Source: Gammaproteobacteria bacterium
GTDB taxonomy: Bacteria; Pseudomonadota; Gammaproteobacteria; JABABF01
NCBI GenBank assembly: GCA_965237805.1
Contig: OZ250153.1
Coordinates: forward strand, 448,001 to 512,000
Length of the DNA stretch: 64,000 nucleotides
Reading direction: 5' to 3'
Part shown: piece by piece, positions 20,950 to 31,601 of the stretch
Layout: each line of letters begins with the position of its first letter
Numbering within the stretch: the stretch's first letter is position 1
Translations under genes and position numbers: made by a program
The notes under the pieces: model-generated
The model's input: only the letters and a program-made list of their open reading frames with translations
Told to the model about the DNA's origin: nothing
The model's database searches: none

Positions 20950-21995
20950 ACGGTCTGTGGCAACAGTTGATGGCCGCCCAAGAGAGACTGGCCAATGCGG
21001 CACTACCGCTGGGCGGCGACGGTGAGTTGCAACTGCTGTGGCCACTGGTGCTCGCGCTGGCACCACTGCCACTGGTGGCCAGCTACCTGTTGCCGTCAGC
21101 GGCAATACCGGGCGGCGCATTGCGCACCCCCTTCGCCGCCCAGCTGCGCTCACTCGGCGCGGTCAGTCGCCCGCAGGGCAAGCCAGCACTGCAAATGGCC
21201 GCGTGGGGTATTTGGTTGCTGTTGCTGCTGAGCGCTGCCCGCCCGATATCGGTCGGCGCACCGATCGATCTGCCGGTACTCGCACGCGATATGTTGCTGA
21301 CCGTGGACATCTCCGGCAGCATGAAAGAGCGCGACATGATCGTCGGTGGTCAACGGACGACGCGGCTCGGTGCAGTCAAGGCGGTGGTTGGAGACTTCGT
21401 CAAGCGTCGCCGCGGCGACCGCCTCGGATTGATCCTATTCGGCACCCACCCCTACCTGCAGTGCCCGCTGAGCTTTGACTTGGATGCCGTCGCCACCTTG
21501 CTGCGGGAGGCCTCTATCGGTATCGCTGGCGAATATACATCGATCGGCGATGCCATCGGCCTGTCGGTGCGCCGCCTGCGCGAACGACCGGCCAAGAGCC
21601 GCGTTGTCATACTGCTGACCGATGGCGTCGACAGCGGCCACGGCAAGCTGAGCCCCGAGCGGGCCACCCAGTTGGCAGTCCAAGCGGGCATACGCATCCA
21701 CACCATCGGCTTCGGCGGCGGTGGTCTGCTACGCCGCGCCACGGTGGACGAGGACTCGCTGCGGGCTATCGCTCAAGCGACCGGTGGGCGCTATTTCCGT
21801 GCCCGAGACGCCCGACAATTAGCCAAGATCTACGCCGCCCTTGAGGCGCTGGAGCCGATCGAGCAGGAAGGCGAGACCTTCAGACCAGAGCGGAGTCTGC
21901 TGCACTGGCCCCTAGGCAGTGCCACTGTGTTGAGCTTGGCACTGGCACTGGCACTGACACTGGGTGCCGGGCGCTCGCGCATGCCAGACAGCTGA
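20946..21995 (+). CDS. VWA domain protein (BatA-like)
   Basis: MIDAS DISGSM, DRLGLILFG, TSIGDAIG, ILLTDG, TGGRYFRA. Confidence 0.9.
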   Translation: MNGLWQQLMAAQERLANAALPLGGDGELQLLWPLVLALAPLPLVASYLLPSAAIPGGALRTPFAAQLRSLGAVSRPQGKPALQMAAWGIWLLLLLSAARPISVGAPIDLPVLARDMLLTVDISGSMKERDMIVGGQRTTRLGAVKAVVGDFVKRRRGDRLGLILFGTHPYLQCPLSFDLDAVATLLREASIGIAGEYTSIGDAIGLSVRRLRERPAKSRVVILLTDGVDSGHGKLSPERATQLAVQAGIRIHTIGFGGGGLLRRATVDEDSLRAIAQATGGRYFRARDARQLAKIYAALEALEPIEQEGETFRPERSLLHWPLGSATVLSLALALALTLGAGRSRMPDS

Positions 21996-21998
21996 GCG

Positions 21999-23879
21999 GT
22001 GGACATCGCCAGCCTGCATCTGACGCGCCCGCTGTGGCTGCTCGGCTTGTTGCCAGCGGCGCTGACACTGTGGCTGCTGATGCGCCACTGGAGTGCCGGG
22101 GGCAATTGGTGCCGCGTCATGGAGCAAGCCCTGATGGAGCCCTTGATGGAGCGCGGTGCCGACGGTCGCTGGCTGCCAGCAACCCTACTCGGCCTCGCTT
22201 GGATGCTGGCCTTAGTGGCGCTGTCCGGCCCCGCTTGGGAGCGCGCACCGCAGGCGCTGCGCCAAAGCCGCGAAACCCTGCTGATTGTGATCGACTCCAG
22301 CCGCTCAATGCAGGCCACCGATCTGTCGCCGTCGCGGACAGAACGTGCCCGCGACAAAGTGATGGATATCTTGGACCTGCGTCGAGACGGCCTCTACGCT
22401 CTGGTCGCCTACGCTGGCGATGCCTATGTCATCACACCGGTGACCGATGACGCCGAAACGGTGCGCAACTTGGCGCGCGTGCTGTCGCCCGACATCATGC
22501 CCGCACACGGCAGCAACCCGATGGCGGCGATGAAACTGGTACTGGAACTGCTGACGGGTAGCCAGCTGCGCAGCGGTCGCGTGCTACTGATCACCGATGG
22601 CATCGACGACAACGATGTGACGCCGATGGTGCGCCTGATCAACAGCTCGGGCCTCGAACTCGGCATCCTCGGCATCGGCACACCACGCGGCGCGCCAATC
22701 GCATTGCCACAGGGAGGACAGTTGCGCGATGCGAGCGGTCAAGTGGTGCGAGTACGCCTGGAACGCGCCGCCCTGCTGCGTGTGGCCGAGTTGACTGGCG
22801 GCCTCTACCGCGAGGTGGCACTGGATAATAGCGACATCGAAGCCTTACTCGACCACGCACGGTCGGTCGCACCGAGTACCGAAACCACCGAGCGACAAAC
22901 GGAACAATGGCAAGAATTTGGGGGTGCACTGGTACTGGCGATGCTGCCATTGGCGTTGCTCGCCTTCCGTCGCGGCTGGATGGCCGTATTGGTGCTGGCC
23001 TTGGCCGGGACGCCACCGCCAGCGGCGGCACTGGAGAGTGCCGACTGGTGGCGCTCGCCGGATCAGCGCGGCAAGCAGCTGCTGGAGCAGGGGGACCCCG
23101 AGGCGGCAGCGGATCGCTTCCGCGACCCGGCGTGGCGCGCCGCCGCCCTACACCACGCCGAGCGCCACCGAGAAGCGGCGGCGCTGTGGGCCGAGCGTGA
23201 CGACCCCGACGCGCACTACAACCGCGGCAATGCACTGGCACACCAAGGCCTGATCGCAGAGGCTATCGAAGCCTATAGCGCCGCCCTGAGTCAAAATCCA
23301 GAGCTGGCGGATGCCCGCGCCAACCTCGATTTGTTGCGCTCGCTCTCAGAGCAGGAGAACGAAGAGCTGGCGCACCGAGCTGAACAGGGAGAACAGGGAG
23401 AACAGGGAGAACAGGGAGAGCAGGGAGAGCAGGGAGAACAAGGCGAACAAGGCGAACAGGAGAGGCAAGGCGAGCGGGGGGAACAAGGGCAAGACGGGCA
23501 GTCCGGGGATGACGAGCAACAGCTGGCCGATAGCTCCGATGCGGGAGCTGAACAGAGCGGCGAGGAATCTGCTAGTAGCGCGGGTGACGGCGAAGAAGAC
23601 CTGGCAACTGGAGATGAAGAGCAAAGCACCGCCGCAGCAGAGCACAGTGATGCGACAGCAACTGACGAGGACGGCGATGCCGAACAGCAGAGCGCGGCGG
23701 AAAGGCTGGCAGCACTACAAAGTCAACAAGAGGAAGAGCGCGAGCGAGAGGCCGAGCTCTGGCTCCGCCAAGTGCCAGAGGGGCGCCCGGATCAACTGCT
23801 GCGCAACAAGCTGCTCGCGCAGCACAAGCGGCGGCGAAGCCAAGGCCAAGCCAGCGGCACGAGCCGAGAGCCGTGGTGA
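21999..23879 (+). CDS. VWA + TPR protein (BatB/BatC-like) with acidic low-complexity linker
   Basis: [43 protein letters not shown]-terminal motif. Confidence 0.88.
   Translation: MDIASLHLTRPLWLLGLLPAALTLWLLMRHWSAGGNWCRVMEQALMEPLMERGADGRWLPATLLGLAWMLALVALSGPAWERAPQALRQSRETLLIVIDSSRSMQATDLSPSRTERARDKVMDILDLRRDGLYALVAYAGDAYVITPVTDDAETVRNLARVLSPDIMPAHGSNPMAAMKLVLELLTGSQLRSGRVLLITDGIDDNDVTPMVRLINSSGLELGILGIGTPRGAPIALPQGGQLRDASGQVVRVRLERAALLRVAELTGGLYREVALDNSDIEALLDHARSVAPSTETTERQTEQWQEFGGALVLAMLPLALLAFRRGWMAVLVLALAGTPPPAAALESADWWRSPDQRGKQLLEQGDPEAAADRFRDPAWRAAALHHAERHREAAALWAERDDPDAHYNRGNALAHQGLIAEAIEAYSAALSQNPELADARANLDLLRSLSEQENEELAHRAEQGEQGEQGEQGEQGEQGEQGEQGEQERQGERGEQGQDGQSGDDEQQLADSSDAGAEQSGEESASSAGDGEEDLATGDEEQSTAAAEHSDATATDEDGDAEQQSAAERLAALQSQQEEEREREAELWLRQVPEGRPDQLLRNKLLAQHKRRRSQGQASGTSREPW
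23382..23508 (+). repeat. In-frame 9-bp tandem repeat encoding (EQG)n
   Basis: GAACAGGGA x4, GAGCAGGGA x2, GAACAAGGC x2, then degenerate units. Confidence 0.95.
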
Positions 23880-25594
23880 TGAAGCTGTGCCACCCGGCCA
23901 CCGCCGTCGCGCTGCTGTTAGCACTGCTGCCAGCAACAGCGCTGTCGGCCAGCATGCGCGCATGGGTCACACCGCCAAGCGCTCGCATCTCATTGGGGGG
24001 CACCTTGCAGTTGCATGTCAAAGTCAATGGCAATGTCGGCAGGCGTCAACCTTTGAATCTGCGCCCGCTGACGGCAGACTTCGACATCGGCCAATCGACC
24101 GGACGCTATCAAGTGATCAATGGCCAAGCGACATCGCTCTGGCAGATCGCCCTCACACCCAAGCGTGCCGGCCAGCTGCAGATCGCCGCGCTGGCCTACG
24201 GCCCGCTGCGTAGCAAAGCGATCGTGATAGAAGTGACACCGCCGCCGTTGGAATACCGACGCGATGCCAAGGGTCCAGTGCTGGCACGGCTGGAGGCGGG
24301 ACTGGAGCGCGAGCGCTCGCCGGTGGAAGCGCAATTGGTCTACACAGTGCGCTTGCTCCATCGCGGCAATTTCGCTTTGCTGCGCAGCAACCCGCCCCCC
24401 TTCCCCAACAATATGCAGATGCGCAAACTGGGGATTCGCAACGGGCGCAATAGCGCTGGCGAGCAGTACACCGAAGAGCGCTACGCCCTCTTCCCACAGC
24501 GTAGCGGCACCCTACAACTCGACGCGCCGACGGCACATGTGCGCGACCAAATCCGCAACCAAGTGGTGGTGCTTTCCGCCAAAGCGGCCAGTGCTGAGAT
24601 CACGCCGCGCCCGGCCACAGCCCAGCTGTGGCTACCCGCACTATCAGTCACAATCAACGACCAATGGGGAATCAACGACCCCAATATCGAAGTGGGCGAA
24701 AGCCTGAACCGCAGCTTGGTGCTCAGCGCAGAGGGTCTGCTGGCCGAACAACTGCCCGCACTGGACATCCCTGAGGTGGCCGGATTGCGCCGCTACCCGG
24801 AACCCGATCAGCTGGAAACCAGTGTCAATCCACACAGCGTCGTCGGGCAACGACACCAGCACAGCAAGCTGATCCCGACCAGCGCTGGCCGCCTCGTGGT
24901 ACCGGAGCTGCGGGTGCCATGGTGGAATGTGGAGAGCAAACAATGGGAAGAAGCTGTGGTGCCAGAGCGCGTACTGTGGGTGTCTGCCGCCCCCAGCGTG
25001 GTGCCGGGCAACTCAGAGGAAGACGCCTCGGACAATAGCTCGAGCAGCTCGGGGGAGGCAGCTGGCGCACCCCCAAGTAACGCGCAGATCCCGCCGTGGC
25101 AACGTGCGGCACCGCGCGATGGCGGCGGTGTCCAACTCGCAGTGGCCGCCACGAGTTGCATATTGATGCTGCTCTTTGCCGGCCTGTGGCTACGCGAATT
25201 GAGTAGGCGGCGGCGCTTCCAGTGGCACTCGTTACAACGGCGTCAGCGACGCAGCGAACGCGGCCGCGGGCGCCTCGTGCGATTGCGCAAAGTCTGTGAG
25301 CAGGGCAGCGCGCGCGAGCTTCGCGACGCATTGCGAGAGTGGGGCGAGCACCATCCGGAGTGGGGCGGTGGCACCCTGTCTGGACTGCGCCACCAGAGCA
25401 CCGAAATGGATGCCGCACTGGGCGGCTTGGAACGTCATCTCTACGCCGCCGATGCAACCGCAGACGATGCCCGAACATGGAGCGGCGCACAATTATGGCA
25501 GGCAGTGGAGTCCTTGCAACGAAAGGCAAGTGAAAAACACAGCGACAAGTCGCCATCGTGGTCGCTACCCGAGCTGTATCCTCATCAGCATTAG
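23873..25594 (+). CDS. BatD family protein
   Basis: Signal peptide, QLVYTVRL, ERYALFPQRSG, WLPA, VGESLNRSL, VPWWNV, TM segment, LPELYP end; last gene of the moxR operon. Confidence 0.85.
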   Translation: MVMKLCHPATAVALLLALLPATALSASMRAWVTPPSARISLGGTLQLHVKVNGNVGRRQPLNLRPLTADFDIGQSTGRYQVINGQATSLWQIALTPKRAGQLQIAALAYGPLRSKAIVIEVTPPPLEYRRDAKGPVLARLEAGLERERSPVEAQLVYTVRLLHRGNFALLRSNPPPFPNNMQMRKLGIRNGRNSAGEQYTEERYALFPQRSGTLQLDAPTAHVRDQIRNQVVVLSAKAASAEITPRPATAQLWLPALSVTINDQWGINDPNIEVGESLNRSLVLSAEGLLAEQLPALDIPEVAGLRRYPEPDQLETSVNPHSVVGQRHQHSKLIPTSAGRLVVPELRVPWWNVESKQWEEAVVPERVLWVSAAPSVVPGNSEEDASDNSSSSSGEAAGAPPSNAQIPPWQRAAPRDGGGVQLAVAATSCILMLLFAGLWLRELSRRRRFQWHSLQRRQRRSERGRGRLVRLRKVCEQGSARELRDALREWGEHHPEWGGGTLSGLRHQSTEMDAALGGLERHLYAADATADDARTWSGAQLWQAVESLQRKASEKHSDKSPSWSLPELYPHQH

Positions 25595-25637
25595 TCATGA
25601 TGCTGTCCCCCAATGAAAGCTACAGCCCGATCACGAC

Positions 25638-26199
25638 CTAGGTATTTTCTGATTGCACCATCCGCTCTAATTGCCCCCACGCTTGCGCCCAAGATCCGCC
25701 ATACGGATGCATCCAAGCTGGGGGATCTGTAGCAGGAAAACCCCACCATGCTGTGTCGCGACCTTGGCGCCCAGTATGCTGGGAAGCGATCTGGCCACCA
25801 CGCCGCCACGCCATGATCACTTGCTTGGGGATCACCCAGCAATGCGCGTCACATGGGCTCAGCCCCAAGCAAGCAACTGCATCATAATTTTGATCTCTAA
25901 TTTGTTGGAACTTGTCAATCCCACTCTGCCATAAAGTTGACGACTTGATTTCAAATCTAAGTCCCTCTATCACCCGATCAGCTGCTGAGTCTGGAGAACG
26001 CATCACATTGCATCCTTTGGCAGCACACCACTCTGCAAAAATCTTCTCTGTAACTGATCCTAATTTTCTGGAAGGCAAATTTTTTTATCCCCCCAAATGG
26101 GCTGTTTCCCCATTCATCTCTATCGGCCATATAATCCAACTTAATGGTTTCTGCGATAGACACCAGAAAATTAACAGCTAGATCTTGTCTGCCTTGCAC
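25638..26199 (-). pseudogene. Putative type II restriction endonuclease (PD-(D/E)xK) split by a +1 frameshift near 26080-26094
   Basis: N-terminal frame MQGRQ...EWGNSPFGGIKK and downstream frame LPSRKLGSVTEKIF...ADRVIEGLRFEIKSSTLW...FQQIRDQNYD join if one base of the minus-strand G6/A7 runs is removed; directly downstream of a DNA MTase. Confidence 0.65.
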
Positions 26200-26210
26200 A
26201 ACCCCCTGCT

Positions 26211-27221
26211 TTATTCAAATAATTGCGTTTGCTTTTTTATATTTTTTGGAAAAGAAAAATGAAACGATAAATCAATGTTTCCTTGTGATGCAATTTCTTG
26301 CAAAAATGATCCATCAAAAAGGCATGACAAATTACCTGAATATTTTGCAATAAACCGATTGATCTCATCACGTTTATGATCTGACACGCCATCCATTTCA
26401 ATTGCAATATGGTATGCCTTGAACCTTTCTATCATCACACGGAGTGCTTCCGGATTGCTGTCAATCAACTGAAATTCACGATTGTGATTGGCGGCAGCAA
26501 CGCCAAAGCTGCCACTACCTGCAAAAAAATCCAATAAATGGTCTTCAGGGCGCGAATGCACCTTGACAATACGCTCAAGAATTCCCAAAGGTTTCTGGGT
26601 TGGATAGCCAGTTTTTTCCCGCCCATTGGGGCTCACAATGGTATGCCACCAAACATCCGTTGGCGTTTTTCCACGCGCAGCTTTTTTCGGGCCGACTAAG
26701 CCTGGGGCCATATACGGAATACGATCCATCTCGCTGTAATTAAAAGTGTAATTCTTGGGATCTTTTACATACCATAAGATGGTGTCATGCTTGGCTGACC
26801 AGCGCTTTTTGCTACGGGCACCATAATCATAGGCCCATATGATCTCATTGATAAAATTAGCGCGGCCAAAAATTTGATCGAGCAACACTTTGCAATAGTG
26901 TGCTTCGCGATAATCGCTATGCAGAAAGAAACTGCCGTCATCCGCCAACAGACGGTGTGCCTGCTCTAAGCGCGGTTTCAGGAACCCCAGATAATCATCA
27001 TACGAATCCGCATAGGCACTGCTGCCAAGCTCCAGCGTACGATAACGGCGGCCTTGGAAACCGGTGCGATCACCGTTTTCATCGGGCACGACTTTGATGC
27101 GTGTACGGGACTGATCTTTGCCTGTGTTGAACGGTGGATCGATATAGATCAGATTGAAAGAGCTAGCGGGCAAGGTGGCTAGCAACGGCAAATTATCGCC
27201 AAAAAGAATACGAGGCATCAA
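26211..27221 (-). CDS. Site-specific DNA methyltransferase (N4-C/N6-A, beta class)
   Basis: Motif IV LIYIDPPF precedes YPTQKPLGILERI and motif I LDFFAGSGS; lower GC than flanks. Confidence 0.93.
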   Translation of the reverse strand: MMPRILFGDNLPLLATLPASSFNLIYIDPPFNTGKDQSRTRIKVVPDENGDRTGFQGRRYRTLELGSSAYADSYDDYLGFLKPRLEQAHRLLADDGSFFLHSDYREAHYCKVLLDQIFGRANFINEIIWAYDYGARSKKRWSAKHDTILWYVKDPKNYTFNYSEMDRIPYMAPGLVGPKKAARGKTPTDVWWHTIVSPNGREKTGYPTQKPLGILERIVKVHSRPEDHLLDFFAGSGSFGVAAANHNREFQLIDSNPEALRVMIERFKAYHIAIEMDGVSDHKRDEINRFIAKYSGNLSCLFDGSFLQEIASQGNIDLSFHFSFPKNIKKQTQLFE

Positions 27222-27404
27222 TCAAAGTGAGGGGAAGGCCGCCACACACACTAGTAATACACGACTATAGCACGCAACCCACCGCCTCCGCTCAAAAAGA
27301 GCCTCGATGTATAGGGCGCACCCATAGCGGAGACACAAATACGGTTGCCCAGCTCCAGCGAAGCGATGCACCCGAGACTCAGCAAATGGCGCAAGCCTTG
27401 CCGG

Positions 27405-30077
27405 TCATACTGAATCAGCCGATGCGGCCATGCTGCGGTCGATCAAGTCGCGCAGTTCACGGGCGTCACCGCAGTTGTCGGCAACCCGGCGCAAGGCGGA
27501 ACGCATGCTACTGGCGGTCTCGCCGTGGTAGCGTGTCCAATCACACAGCGGCAACAAGAGGCGCGCAGCCAGCTGGGCGTTGTGCTCTGCCAAGGCCAAC
27601 ACATGGTCGCCCAAAAAGCGGTAGCCGAGGCCGTCGTCGGCATGAAAATGGAGTGGATTGCCGCTGCTGAAAGCCCCGACCGTGGCGCGCAAGAAGTTCG
27701 GATTGCGCGACTCAAAACTAGGCGCACACATCAGCTGCTGCAGCCGCGGCAGCGCATCGGGTCGGCGATCGGTGGCATGCAGTCGTAGCCAGTGGCATAA
27801 AGTCAGTGCATCAGCACCCCAACGGCGACGAAAATCTTCCCGCAGCTCGGCACGCGGTGCTTCGGCCCGTGGCGCGGAGCAGTTGATCAAGCTGTGCAGT
27901 GCGCTCAGCCGATCGCTGAGATTGTCGCCCCCCCTATAGAGCTGTGTCGCACAGTCGACCAACTGTGCGCCATCACCGTCATCTATCAGCAGCTCTAGCG
28001 CGACAGCGGCCAAGGCGCGCAAACCCATGTCCTCGGATGTGGGACGGTAGCGACCGAGCGCGGCGCGGCAGCGGTGCCAGCACGCCCACAGTGGCTCGCG
28101 CAGCTCCGCCGCCAACAATGTGGCAACGCGTAGCCGGGCGCGGTGCAGGGCGATGGGAGCGATGCGCTCGCCGGTTGAGCTCAGCCAAGTCTCCGAGGGC
28201 AGCTCCAGCATCCGCGCCAACAGCGCCGCCGGGATATCCGTCGCAACCAGCAGTGCGCCATAGCTTTGCACCAACATCGGCGGCAGAGCGGGCGCGGCGA
28301 TAGCCGACTCACAGCGCAGCTGGGCATGGACAGCGCGGCGTAACAGCCGCTGACAGGCATCCCAGCGGCAGAAGGCATCACCGTCCTTGCGCATCAGCAG
28401 CGCCAACTGCGCATCGCTGTAGTCGAAGTTGAGCTCGACCGGTGCCGAGAAACCGCGCAACAGTGATGGCGTCGGCTCCTCGCTCACCCCCTCGAACACA
28501 AATTGGTGCTCGCGCTCGCACAGCTCCAACATCACGCTGTACGCCGCAGGCGCATCGCTGCCAGCCAAACGCAGCGGCAGTTCTCCACCCGCACCCACCA
28601 AGGCCACGGCCAGCGGCATCAACAAGGGCACGGCGCCATCGCCATCGCCGCGCAGCTGCCGCACGGTCAAGCGGTAGCACTGCGCCGCGGCGTCCCACAG
28701 CCCCGACACCTCAAGGCGAGCTGTGCCGTGTTCGGTATACCAGAGCATAAACTGCGACAAATCCCGCCCAGAAGCCTCGGCCATGGCCGCCATCAGCTCC
28801 TCACACCGCACGGCCTGACCACAGTGGCGCTGGAAATACAATTCCGCGCCGCGACGCCACGACGGTGCCCCGACCAGCTGGCGCAACATGCGCATCAGCT
28901 CAGCACCCTTCTCGTAAACCGTCGGGGTGTAGAAATTGGAGATCTCTACATAGTGATCCGGACGTACCGGATGCGCCAATGGACCGGCATCTTCAGCGAA
29001 CTGCACCTCGCGTAAGAAGCGCGCCTCGTCGAGACGGCACACGCCAGAGGGATCCATGTCGGCGGCAAAGCAGGACTCGCGAAACACCGTCAGCCCCTCC
29101 TTGAGACTCAGCTGGAACCAGTCGCGCAGCGTCACGCGGTTGCCGCTCCAATGGTGGAAGTACTCGTGCGCCACCACGCGCTCCACCGCACGGAAATCGC
29201 TGTCGGTGGCGATGTCCGGGGTCGCCAACAAGCACTGCGTGTTGAACAGGTTGAGCCCGGTGTTCTCCATCGCGCCGGAATTGAAATCCTCCACGGCGAC
29301 GAGTTTGAACTCATCCAAGTCGCACTCGAGGCCATACCGCGCCTCATCCCAGTGCATCGCCGCTTGCAGGCTGCGCATGGCGTGGTCGCATTGCTCGCGG
29401 TAGCGGCGATCGACATAGATGCCAAGTTGCAGCTCACGACCGGAGCGAGTGCGATGGCTCGCTTTGATGCAGTCCAACTGACCAGCCACCAAAGCGAATA
29501 AATAGCAAGGTTTGGGGTGGGGATCGTGCCAGACCACACGATAGCGACCATCGGCGTCGCGCCACTGTGACACCAGCTGCCCATTGGACAAAACCACCGG
29601 GCAATCAGCTGGCGCAACCACAGACACCGTGTAGACAGCCAATACATCGGGGCGATCTGGAAAGCAGGTGATCCGTCTGAACCCCTCGGGCTCGCAGTCG
29701 GTGCAGAACAGGCCGCCGCTGCGGTACAGGCCCTCCAAGGCGCGGTTGTCCTGAGGGCGGAGCTGGGTCTCGCACTCCAGCACGCAACGCTCCGGCACAT
29801 CATCCAGCGACAGCAGTTCGCCATCCCACACCAGCCGCTCCAGATCGAGCAGCTGCCCGTCTACGGCCAGACGTACGATCTTCAGCTCGCGCCCATTCAA
29901 CTCCAGTGGCCGCGGCCCGTCGCGCTCGGGGTTGGCGCGCAAGGACAGGCGCGAACGCACCACACTGCACCGCGCATCCAAATCAAAGCGCAGCTGCACC
30001 GCATCCACCAAATAGCTCGGGGGGCGGTAATCTGCGAGCCGCACCACCGAGGCGCTGCCGATGTGCTCAGTCGTCAC
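27405..30077 (-). CDS. pepN: Aminopeptidase N (M1 family)
   Basis: LEGLY, EGFRRIT, GAMEN, HEYFH...LKEG zinc motif, NFYTPTVYEKGAE, PSLLRGFSAPV. Confidence 0.95.
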   Translation of the reverse strand: MTTEHIGSASVVRLADYRPPSYLVDAVQLRFDLDARCSVVRSRLSLRANPERDGPRPLELNGRELKIVRLAVDGQLLDLERLVWDGELLSLDDVPERCVLECETQLRPQDNRALEGLYRSGGLFCTDCEPEGFRRITCFPDRPDVLAVYTVSVVAPADCPVVLSNGQLVSQWRDADGRYRVVWHDPHPKPCYLFALVAGQLDCIKASHRTRSGRELQLGIYVDRRYREQCDHAMRSLQAAMHWDEARYGLECDLDEFKLVAVEDFNSGAMENTGLNLFNTQCLLATPDIATDSDFRAVERVVAHEYFHHWSGNRVTLRDWFQLSLKEGLTVFRESCFAADMDPSGVCRLDEARFLREVQFAEDAGPLAHPVRPDHYVEISNFYTPTVYEKGAELMRMLRQLVGAPSWRRGAELYFQRHCGQAVRCEELMAAMAEASGRDLSQFMLWYTEHGTARLEVSGLWDAAAQCYRLTVRQLRGDGDGAVPLLMPLAVALVGAGGELPLRLAGSDAPAAYSVMLELCEREHQFVFEGVSEEPTPSLLRGFSAPVELNFDYSDAQLALLMRKDGDAFCRWDACQRLLRRAVHAQLRCESAIAAPALPPMLVQSYGALLVATDIPAALLARMLELPSETWLSSTGERIAPIALHRARLRVATLLAAELREPLWACWHRCRAALGRYRPTSEDMGLRALAAVALELLIDDGDGAQLVDCATQLYRGGDNLSDRLSALHSLINCSAPRAEAPRAELREDFRRRWGADALTLCHWLRLHATDRRPDALPRLQQLMCAPSFESRNPNFLRATVGAFSSGNPLHFHADDGLGYRFLGDHVLALAEHNAQLAARLLLPLCDWTRYHGETASSMRSALRRVADNCGDARELRDLIDRSMAASADSV

Positions 30078-30927
30078 AGCTAAGCGCCACTTGGTAACCG
30101 GCAAAGCGGCGTATATTCAACACACCACAATCGAACATCAGATACTGCCCCTTGATACCGAGCAGGCACCCCGCCACTGTCGAGCTCTTGTCGAAATTGA
30201 GTTGCTTGAGCGGTGCCGACTCCGAATGTGGGTAACACAGTTCAAGCGGCACCTCCTCTAGCAGGCGGATACTGTCCTCGCCAAAGCGCTGGCGCAGCGT
30301 CACCAAGCCAGCCGCGCACTCAGCCCACAAGCGTTCACGCTGCCCGGACAAGGACAGTGGCGGCGGCGTTCCCAGCATCCGACGCCAATCGGTGTGGCCG
30401 CTGATACCGTCGGCGGCCGCCAACAGCTGCTCGACAAAACCAGCCACTTGGCGCGTGCTGGTGGCGGCGATGGGCAGCGCCTGCACAGCGCCTTGATCCA
30501 GCCAGCGCAGCGGCACTTGATTCAGGCGCGTCAATCCCACCTTCAGACCCGAGGTGTTGGCCAGATACACCCGGTGTTCGGTCATGCACTGCTGCTCGCC
30601 CCAGCGCGGCTCGCGGCAGCTGCCCTCGTGGTAGTGGCAGCGGGTCGGGCTGAGTACGCAGAGATCGCAGCGCGCGAGCCGCTGCGAGCAGCGGTAGCAA
30701 TGGCCTTGGCTGAAGCTGCGCCGCGTACGCGCACCGCAGTACACACAGTGGATCGCACCGCCATGCACCAAGCGCAAACGACGCCCCAGCAAGGGCTCAA
30801 GCGCGAGCACCGTCCAGTCGTCAGCGCCCCCCCGACCCGGCGCTGCCAGCACCATCTCATAGCGCGCCGGGACAGCCAGTTCGATGCGCATCTTGCGCAG
30901 ATGGCCAGCTGCCAGCGCCGCGCTCAT
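30067..30927 (-). CDS. DUF2797 domain protein
   Basis: CVYCG...SFSQGHCYRC, CDLC, HRVYLANTSGLKVG, RWLDQGA, GIKGQYLMFD. Confidence 0.85.
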   Translation of the reverse strand: MSAALAAGHLRKMRIELAVPARYEMVLAAPGRGGADDWTVLALEPLLGRRLRLVHGGAIHCVYCGARTRRSFSQGHCYRCSQRLARCDLCVLSPTRCHYHEGSCREPRWGEQQCMTEHRVYLANTSGLKVGLTRLNQVPLRWLDQGAVQALPIAATSTRQVAGFVEQLLAAADGISGHTDWRRMLGTPPPLSLSGQRERLWAECAAGLVTLRQRFGEDSIRLLEEVPLELCYPHSESAPLKQLNFDKSSTVAGCLLGIKGQYLMFDCGVLNIRRFAGYQVALSCDD

Positions 30928-30928
30928 A

Positions 30929-31537
30929 TCAGCTCCGACACTGGCGCCTACGCCGCGGCGTGCGTGCCACATCTAACAGGCCGATCAGCACGCCGCCCAG
31001 CAGGCCGCCGACATGGCCGCCGTTGGCAATGTGCAGGCCGAATAGCAGGCCCAACACGCCGGACAGCCCGATCAGCAAAAACACCAGCAACATCACCGCC
31101 AAGCCCGGCGGCAGCTCGAGACCCGGCCCCCGCAGGCGCTGCCACACCAAGCAGTAGCCCAACAGGGCGTAGCCAACCCCCGACATACCGCCAAACAGCG
31201 GCGACCCACTGATCTGGTACTGCAGCATATTGCCCCCCAAGGCCGCCGCCAACACCACCCCGACCAGTACCCAGCCCCCCCTGAAGCGCTCGATGGCACC
31301 TCCCAGAAGCCATAAGATCAGCCCGTTGAAAGCCGCATGGGCAGTGCTGAAGTGCAGGAAGATCGGCGTGATGAGCCGCCAAGCCTCACCGTTTCCCGGC
31401 GGCTGGTAAAGCAACAGGCGCCACAGTGGCAGGCTCTCACGGCCAACCCAGACCAGCAGCCAACCCAACACCAAGCAGCCGAGCAAGGCGGCCGTGACCG
31501 GCACGCGCCGCAAGGCCGACACCGCCTCATCGAACAT
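30929..31537 (-). CDS. Rhomboid family intramembrane serine protease (GlpG-like)
   Basis: WRLITPIFLHFS..H..FN, GMSG catalytic Ser, ANGGHVGG catalytic His. Confidence 0.88.
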   Translation of the reverse strand: MFDEAVSALRRVPVTAALLGCLVLGWLLVWVGRESLPLWRLLLYQPPGNGEAWRLITPIFLHFSTAHAAFNGLILWLLGGAIERFRGGWVLVGVVLAAALGGNMLQYQISGSPLFGGMSGVGYALLGYCLVWQRLRGPGLELPPGLAVMLLVFLLIGLSGVLGLLFGLHIANGGHVGGLLGGVLIGLLDVARTPRRRRQCRS

Positions 31538-31601
31538 CCCCGCCCCACTCCGCCGCAGAGCTACAGCGCTGCCTCAGCCAAAATGAGCTGTCTGCTCAGA
31601 A

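Noticed and set aside
23311-24213. 300-aa ORF with RENREN repeats and antisense (SPC)n/(SLF)n ORFs
   Set aside because: Alternate-frame shadows of the 9-bp repeat in the BatB/C-like gene
27255-27270. TAATACACGACTATAG resembles the T7 promoter
   Set aside because: Does not match TAATACGACTCACTATAG; more simply the reverse-strand TATAGT -10 region of the MTase gene
25595-27404. Target duplication around the first R-M islet
   Set aside because: Only short scattered matches to the batD or pepN ends; not convincing
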